In this document: in pieces, positions 58,005 through 64,000 of the stretch
Position numbering within the stretch: position 1 is the stretch's first letter
Layout of the letters: every line of letters starts with the position of its first letter
Assembly: GCA_035652395.1 (NCBI GenBank)
Contig: DASRDX010000009.1
Span: 272,411 to 336,410, forward strand
Source: Minisyncoccota bacterium
GTDB lineage: Bacteria > Patescibacteriota > Minisyncoccia > Phycocordibacterales > CAJBRS01
Direction of reading: 5' to 3'
DNA: 64,000 nucleotides
Program-made: the position numbers and the translations under genes
The notes under the pieces: model-generated
Told to the model about the DNA's origin: nothing
The model's database searches: none
The model's input: the letters and a program-made list of their open reading frames with translations, nothing else

Positions 58005-60947
58005 TTACTGCTTTAAATTGAATCGCCGCAAACCACACCATTGGCACTTCTCATCCGGACAAGTAGCTTCGGCAATTTCACCGCTCCAGACATTTTTGAG
58101 AAGACTTTCCACTTCGCCGCGCACGCGCTCAAGATCACTATCTTTAATCTCCAAGCTGATAATCGGACACCTGCCTTTATCGTCAGGAGTGACAAAAACT
58201 AAAGCCGGAGTAATAGTTTTGGATTTCCAATCGGCATGGTTAGTGGTTAATAATTTATAATAAATGAGCTGGCGAAAATAATTACCGTCGGAATTTTTAG
58301 TCTCGCCCCGAATTTCGGAGACCGACATGGATCGACGACTTTTATAATCATAGATTAACGCTTCGCTTCCAGTATCGACAATCACATCCAACTTTCCGTG
58401 AAGCGGAATGTTAATTGATTGGTTTTCGTAGGAGGAGTCAAATTTATTCTCAATCCGCCACTCTGTTAAGATTCGACTGCCCACCGGTACTTCAAAATGT
58501 GGGCCCAAGGCCTTAGCCACGACCGGAACATTTTCCAAAAGCTCATTTTTAGCCGGTATTTTTTCCTGAAGGCCTAAAAATGAGCGCTCAAAGTATTCAT
58601 TAATTGAATTGGTGAGGATCTTAATAATTTCTTCTTCATTTCTTTGGTTCGCCTGCCAGGCTCGAGCTAAAGCCTCGTGAATAGCGTTTCCTTTTTCGCT
58701 GGCCGCCGTCGGCGGCTCCGGCATTTTCAGAATACTTAAATATAAAAATTTATTTGGGCATTCCATGAAATGGTTCAAGGCGGTGACTGAGAGACCTCGT
58801 TCAATCAGAGTGCGCTTGGCTAAATCCACAATTTTATCGGCCGTCCTTGATTCAAGAGAATTCCGATTTGGAGAAAAAACTTTTTCAATTCCTATCTGCG
58901 GTAGAACCTTCTTCACAACATGCTTGGAATTGAGCTCCTCTATAAAACGCAAAGGTGAGAGCGGAGTATCGTCAGCTTCCGCGAGAGCAGTCATTAACAC
59001 CACGTGTTTTCTGGCTCGGGTCAGAGCAACATAAAAAAGCCGTCGGATATCTCCGACATCGCTGTCAGTCGTCCGTTTTCGAGGTAGCAGAAATGAAGCT
59101 CCTTTTGGCCGGCCGATCCAGCTCTGATCTGTGGCGTAGGGAAGAAAAACGTAATCAAACTCTAGCCCCTTGCTGCCATGCGCCGTCATAGCCTTAATCG
59201 GCATTTCCGGCATGCCGACTGAAATCTTGACCATTCTGGATTCAGCAGAAGTTCTGTATGAGAGCAATTCTTTAATAAGAGACCGCGGATCGGCAATTCT
59301 TCCCTCGCGAACTAACGATTCGGCCAGTGCCACAATCCCCCGCCAGACGCTGACACTGACCGGATCTTTGGCTACTAAATTGGCAAAACCGGATATTTCG
59401 GCCGTATAAATCAGAAATTCCAGAGGTCCAACCGAAACCAGCCTTTCCGCAATGGTTTTCAGAGCTGGAATTTTTGCCAGTAAGTCGGTAGAGATGCCGG
59501 CTCGCATATTTCTGAGCAGGGTGTGGGTTTCTTCAAAAGAAAGATTCCAGAGCCCAGTAACCAGAGTGCTGGCCAAGTTTTCAATCTTGCTGTTATCGGC
59601 TAAATATTCCAAGAGATCGAAGAAAATACGGCCAGCCGGATGATTGAAAATATCTACACTTCGTTCCGATGAAACCGGAATCCGATGAAATTCCAAAAGG
59701 CGGATAATGCGGTCAAGATCGCGATTTCGCCGAACGATGATGGCCGCCGTTTGGGTCACCTCCTCTTGAGACAGGCGGCGGAGCCTCTCCACCAATTCCA
59801 ACTCCATGGCCGCCGTGTTTTCGCCAGTAACGATTTCAAGGGGTTCGGGAATTTCCTTGTTCCCAGATTTCAGAGCGATGCGCAAGTCAACATGTTCCTC
59901 CCCTTCATAATTCTTTTCAATCATGCTCCAGCTCGCATCCAGAATGCTCTGATGCGAGCGGTAATTCGTGTCGAGAGAGATAACACTCATGGCTGGCCAG
60001 CGCCGCTGGAGCAAAAAGAAATTCTCTACCGAGGCTCCTTGAAAGCGATAAATAGCCTGCTTCTCGTCGCCGACGATAAAGATATTCGGCGTTTCAAAAA
60101 ATTCGGCCAAGAGTCCTATGATCAGGTTTTGAGCGTCATTAGTGTCCTGATGTTCATCAACGTGAATATATAAATATTTCTCTTGAATCAGTCGTAGGAG
60201 CAATTCGTCCTTCTGGAAAGCTGACAGGAGTTCAATAATAAGATCATTAAAATCCATTTTCTTACTTTCCATCTTGGCTTTTTCATAAAGCTCATAAATG
60301 TCGGCAAAAATTATGGTGCGCTCGGCTTTTTCAATACTATCTTTTATTTCGGCTTTTAACTGACCTTTCGTGGCGCCACGAGTTGAGAGAGAACTTTCGT
60401 CATTCTGAAGTCTTTCAATTTCCGTTTTGGCATGTTCACGAATCATGTTTGGCGTCACGGCTTCCCTTTTAGCATCATCGATGGTGCGAATAATGCTCGA
60501 GAGATAAACGTCGGGTTTTCCGGTCGGTCGAAGGGAGGCAAATTTTGGCTCCGCCAAAATTTGCCGAATCAGCGCCTCCTGCTCCACTTCAGTTAGCTGC
60601 TTCACTCCCATTAAATGCAGAAAGTGATCGGGATATTCGGAAATAATAGAAGAAGCAAAACTATGAAAAGTATGCAACCGGACTTCGTAGGCCCGATCGC
60701 CAATTAATTCTTGCAGTTTCTCTCTCATAGCTCTGACACCTGCATCCGTGTAAGTGATGGCCAGAATGCCGTGGGCGGGCGTATCGGTGAGATTTAAGAT
60801 ATTGGCAATGCGAAGAGTCAGAATGGTCGTCTTGCCCGTCCCAGGGCCGGCAATCACCATTACCGGTCCATCGATAGTATCCACCGCCTCTTTCTGACGT
60901 TTATTGAGGTTCTTATAAGTTTCTTGAAATTTAGGAGAAGTTACCAT
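58005..60947 (-). CDS. UvrD-family SF1 helicase fused to a C-terminal Cas4/AddB-type PD-(D/E)xK nuclease with 4-Cys (Fe-S) cluster
   Basis: helicase motifs I (AGPGTGKTT), II (VDEHQDT), III (GDEKQAIYRFQGA), IV (NYRS), V, VI (YVALTRARK); nuclease D...DYK...QxxxY plus C...CxxxxCxxC. Confidence 0.85.
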   Translation of the reverse strand: MVTSPKFQETYKNLNKRQKEAVDTIDGPVMVIAGPGTGKTTILTLRIANILNLTDTPAHGILAITYTDAGVRAMREKLQELIGDRAYEVRLHTFHSFASSIISEYPDHFLHLMGVKQLTEVEQEALIRQILAEPKFASLRPTGKPDVYLSSIIRTIDDAKREAVTPNMIREHAKTEIERLQNDESSLSTRGATKGQLKAEIKDSIEKAERTIIFADIYELYEKAKMESKKMDFNDLIIELLSAFQKDELLLRLIQEKYLYIHVDEHQDTNDAQNLIIGLLAEFFETPNIFIVGDEKQAIYRFQGASVENFFLLQRRWPAMSVISLDTNYRSHQSILDASWSMIEKNYEGEEHVDLRIALKSGNKEIPEPLEIVTGENTAAMELELVERLRRLSQEEVTQTAAIIVRRNRDLDRIIRLLEFHRIPVSSERSVDIFNHPAGRIFFDLLEYLADNSKIENLASTLVTGLWNLSFEETHTLLRNMRAGISTDLLAKIPALKTIAERLVSVGPLEFLIYTAEISGFANLVAKDPVSVSVWRGIVALAESLVREGRIADPRSLIKELLSYRTSAESRMVKISVGMPEMPIKAMTAHGSKGLEFDYVFLPYATDQSWIGRPKGASFLLPRKRTTDSDVGDIRRLFYVALTRARKHVVLMTALAEADDTPLSPLRFIEELNSKHVVKKVLPQIGIEKVFSPNRNSLESRTADKIVDLAKRTLIERGLSVTALNHFMECPNKFLYLSILKMPEPPTAASEKGNAIHEALARAWQANQRNEEEIIKILTNSINEYFERSFLGLQEKIPAKNELLENVPVVAKALGPHFEVPVGSRILTEWRIENKFDSSYENQSINIPLHGKLDVIVDTGSEALIYDYKSRRSMSVSEIRGETKNSDGNYFRQLIYYKLLTTNHADWKSKTITPALVFVTPDDKGRCPIISLEIKDSDLERVRGEVESLLKNVWSGEIAEATCPDEKCQWCGLRRFNLKQ

Positions 60948-61062
60948 TTTATGGCTCTATTATTGCATTTTTGGTCTACTTTCTGTTATTGACTTTTGGG
61001 ACAATTTATGGTAATATTAAAACAGTTGAACCTAACACGGGTTCTTTAAAACAAGGAGTCAA

Positions 61063-61314
61063 ATGCATCCTATTTTCGAAATTTACTTCACCCTGTGTGC
61101 GTTAGCGTTTGCGATCGGAATGATCGCAGGGGCTATTGTCGTTGGTGACCGAAAACAAATTCCTCTCGTTAAGCGTTTAACCGCCGTGGTTATAATGGTG
61201 GCCGTAGGTCTTCTGGCATTGAGTACTGCAGTGTACAGAATAGAAAACACCATCAATAAACCTACGCGTGAGCGTCAGAAGCACTTACACGATCTCGAGA
61301 TGTTTTCTCACTAA
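61063..61314 (+). CDS. small membrane protein
   Basis: ORF with 2 TM, followed by a terminator. Confidence 0.4.
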   Translation: MHPIFEIYFTLCALAFAIGMIAGAIVVGDRKQIPLVKRLTAVVIMVAVGLLALSTAVYRIENTINKPTRERQKHLHDLEMFSH

Positions 61315-61329
61315 CATCCTCTTCTCATA

Positions 61330-61358
61330 AACAGCGGAACGCTTTGCGTTCCGCTGTT
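61330..61358. terminator. hairpin acagcggaacg cttt gcgttccgctgt plus T-rich tail
   Basis: seen in sequence. Confidence 0.6.
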
Positions 61359-61388
61359 TCCTTTTCTCCTCTCTTCCACATGAAATTC

Positions 61389-62627
61389 TTAGTAATTTCT
61401 CAATCTCAAAGCTTTCTCGTGCTGCCTTATCTTCTCATGAGCCTTCGCCTCAATTTGTCTGATACGCTCGCGAGTTACCTGAAAGGTCTTCCCTACTTCC
61501 TCCAGAGTATGTTGAATTCCATCATTTAGTCCGTGTCGCATCTCCAGAATTTTTCGTTCCTTTTCTGACAAATCATTCAAAATATCTTTTACTTGATCTC
61601 GCAAAATTCGGCGCGAAGCATCCTGGTCCGGAGAAAGGATTTTTTCATCAGCTATAAAGTCACCATAAGTAGACTTGCCATCATCTCCTTCATCTCCCAC
61701 AGGTGTATCAAGAGAAATGGTATTCTGATCAATCTTTTCAATATTATAAATTTTATCCACGTCCACTCCCATCTCTACCGCAATTTCTTCCGGTAGTGGG
61801 TCGCGACCCAAATCTTGAGTCAGTCGTCGAACTACCTGCTTGTATTTGGCGATGGTTTCCACCATATGCACCGGTACGCGAATGGTACGTGATTGATCAG
61901 CTAGAGCACGAGTAATAGACTGGCGAATCCACCAGGTGGCGTAAGTTGAGAATTTATAGCCCTTCGTCCAGTCAAACTTATCTACGGCCTTAAATAAGCC
62001 CAGGTTTCCCTCTTGAATGAGGTCTAGAAGGGTTAAATCGGGGCTGCGGCCCACGTATTTCTTGGCAATGGAAACCACCAGACGAAGATTGGCCTTGGCT
62101 AAAAGATTCTTAGCTTCTTCGTCCCCCGCCTCAATTCGCTTAGCCAACTCCTTTTCCTGATTAGCCAGAATAAGCGGATACTGACCAATCTCTTTTAAAT
62201 ACATCTGAATGGAGTCGTAATTTGAATCGTTACGATTGTAGACATACTTCTTTAGAAGGGCCTCATCATCCTGATTAACGTTCAGAAGTCCGCCTCCTTC
62301 CAATACATCCACACCGGCGGTGCTAAGTTTATCGTAAAGGTGATCAAGAAACATCACATCGTCTTCCACGGTCGGAAATTCTCTCAAGATATCATCGTAA
62401 GTAACAAATCCACGCTCGCGGCCTCGAGTCAAAAGTTTTTCCGCCTTTATCTCAAATTCTCTCTGCCGCTTGCTCATCTTGGAAAGGTCAGCCGGTTTAA
62501 TCGGCGAAGCGATGGCTCTTGTCTTCGTTTTAGCCTTTTGATTTTTAACTTTCTTGGCAGTCTTTTTAGCCGCTTTTTTGGAAGCGGTTTTTCGAGCTTT
62601 ATTCTTTTTTATTTTTTTCTTGGCCAT
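61389..62627 (-). CDS. rpoD: RNA polymerase sigma factor RpoD (sigma-70) with Lys-rich N-terminal extension
   Basis: regions 1.2, 2, 3 and 4 conserved ([18 protein letters not shown], region 4 HTH). Confidence 0.95.
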   Translation of the reverse strand: MAKKKIKKNKARKTASKKAAKKTAKKVKNQKAKTKTRAIASPIKPADLSKMSKRQREFEIKAEKLLTRGRERGFVTYDDILREFPTVEDDVMFLDHLYDKLSTAGVDVLEGGGLLNVNQDDEALLKKYVYNRNDSNYDSIQMYLKEIGQYPLILANQEKELAKRIEAGDEEAKNLLAKANLRLVVSIAKKYVGRSPDLTLLDLIQEGNLGLFKAVDKFDWTKGYKFSTYATWWIRQSITRALADQSRTIRVPVHMVETIAKYKQVVRRLTQDLGRDPLPEEIAVEMGVDVDKIYNIEKIDQNTISLDTPVGDEGDDGKSTYGDFIADEKILSPDQDASRRILRDQVKDILNDLSEKERKILEMRHGLNDGIQHTLEEVGKTFQVTRERIRQIEAKAHEKIRQHEKALRLRNY

Positions 62628-62644
62628 TAATGTAAATGATAATT

Positions 62645-64000
62645 TTATACTTTATTTGTAACATTTTGAAGGGAAATCTTTTTAGCCGAGATTTTCTGCG
62701 AAAGCTCCTGGCAAAGTGTTAGGAGTCTTTCCACTTCCTCGGGGTTCTTTTCTCGTTCAGCAATTTGCAGATCAGTCAAAGCTTTGCCGAGTTGATCCTT
62801 TAAATAATCCTCCTCTAAATAGGATAATAGTTCTTCAGCCTCACTTTTAACTGACGGATGGGAGCCGTAATGTATTTCAGCTTCAAATATGAGATCGGCT
62901 TTCACTTCCGGCGACAAATTAAGCTTCTCTTCCAATTCAGTCGGTCCGAAAATTTCCGCTATTTTGCTGCGCAATTCGGCCGTTTCAAACTGTGGCTCTT
63001 TTAAACTTTCCTGCCAGAAGATAATTCCCCACAGCCTTCGCTCTCGGAAGTCGAGCGAAGGCGATGCCGGAAAACCTGTAGGGTTTTCCGGCCAATTATA
63101 GTCGCCGCTCTGAGATTCCCCTATCTCTTCCACCGTAATCTTATTCAAATCGTCCGTCAAAGTATCCATCGGAATATTAGTTTTTTCGGAAGTCATTTTC
63201 AGAAAATGATGCTGGTCAATATCAGAAGGCAGAGACCGGATAAGTGGCAAGAGTTCCACTTCTATCTTTTTGCCTAATTTTCTGGAATCGGATTCTTCGG
63301 CGATTAAGATGTCCAGATAGAAATTAATGATATGCTTGGAATTTTTTAAAACTTCTTTCACTTGCTCCGGACTTTTCTGGAGAAGTGAAGCTGGATCCTC
63401 CCCTTCCGGAAAGGCTGCAATTTTCACATCCATTCCAAGAAGCAGAGCGATCGCCCATGAGCGAAGAGTGGCCTTGATGCCGGCCGGATCGCCATCGTAG
63501 GCAAAAAGGACATTATCGGAACTTCGCTTCAGGATTTTCAAATGTCTGTCTGAGAGGGCGGTGCCACTTGAAGCAACGGTGTTTCGAAGACCGGACTGAT
63601 GCATCATCAAAAGATCCATCTGGCCCTCCACTAGCACTGCATAATTTAATTCTCGAATAGCCGACTTGGCTCGATTGTAACCATAGAGAACCTCCGACTT
63701 ATTAAAGAGGGGCGTTTCCGGACTATTAACATATTTGGCTTCCTTCGTCTCGCTGGAGCCTTGCGAAAGCGGATTAGTTTTTTCAAGTATTCGGCTGGAA
63801 AAGGCAATTACTCGGCCGGATGAATCGAAGATCGGAAACATGATGCGACTGCGGAAGCGATCGTAGAAACCACTACCCTTCTCGCTTCTTTTGATCAGGC
63901 CGGCTTTTTCAATTTCAGATTCTTTAAAACCCTTTTTGGTGAGGTGTGTCAGTAGAGTGTCCCAAGCGTCGGGGGCAAAACCTAAGCGCCAATCCTTAAT
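62645..64000 (-). CDS. dnaG: DNA primase DnaG, partial; the N-terminus runs off the window end
   Basis: Toprim region; the frame stays open upstream of the listed Met through 64000 (LGFAPDAWD...[19 protein letters not shown] matches DnaG). Confidence 0.9.
   Translation of the reverse strand: MKDWRLGFAPDAWDTLLTHLTKKGFKESEIEKAGLIKRSEKGSGFYDRFRSRIMFPIFDSSGRVIAFSSRILEKTNPLSQGSSETKEAKYVNSPETPLFNKSEVLYGYNRAKSAIRELNYAVLVEGQMDLLMMHQSGLRNTVASSGTALSDRHLKILKRSSDNVLFAYDGDPAGIKATLRSWAIALLLGMDVKIAAFPEGEDPASLLQKSPEQVKEVLKNSKHIINFYLDILIAEESDSRKLGKKIEVELLPLIRSLPSDIDQHHFLKMTSEKTNIPMDTLTDDLNKITVEEIGESQSGDYNWPENPTGFPASPSLDFRERRLWGIIFWQESLKEPQFETAELRSKIAEIFGPTELEEKLNLSPEVKADLIFEAEIHYGSHPSVKSEAEELLSYLEEDYLKDQLGKALTDLQIAEREKNPEEVERLLTLCQELSQKISAKKISLQNVTNKV

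Noticed and set aside
1-64000. Mobile elements, integrases, transposases, reverse transcriptases, restriction-modification or CRISPR-Cas genes
   Set aside because: None of the translated ORFs shows DDE, tyrosine/serine recombinase, YxDD or Cas signatures. The tRNA-adjacent regions lack integrases and clear att duplications, so no mobile element is called.

Overview
This 64 kb window is dense (>90% coding) and low-GC, from a small-genome bacterium. The lack of Shine-Dalgarno sequences, -10 boxes only 6-12 nt upstream of start codons, the RRM protein, the UvrD-helicase/Cas4-nuclease fusion and the type IV pilus genes suggest a Candidate Phyla Radiation (Patescibacteria)-like organism; that placement is inference. 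Most genes are core housekeeping. On the minus strand there is a complete mraZ-rsmH-ftsL-ftsI-murF division cluster, an mreB-mreC-mreD-mrdA rod-shape cluster plus a second mreB copy, and a dnaG-rpoD operon. Six aminoacyl-tRNA synthetases are present (cysS, lysS, proS, hisS, def-fmt adjacent). Other recognisable genes are ribosomal proteins L27/L9/L21, dnaB, recR, a PriA-like protein, greA, frr, hpf, rseP, typA, mscL, corA and uppP. There are two tRNA genes, tRNA-Glu(CUC) and tRNA-Asn(GUU), each followed by a short block of orphan or compositionally odd genes. A long minus-strand operon at 41.3-49.1 kb joins type IV pilus genes (PilB/PilC ATPase and platform, four pilin-like proteins) to GT2-DedA-GT2-UppP lipid-linked glycosylation genes. 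No CRISPR array, transposase, integrase or reverse transcriptase was found. Secondary points are a PriA whose helicase motifs are degenerate, several long perfect palindromes in promoter regions, and a consistent leaderless-style promoter layout.
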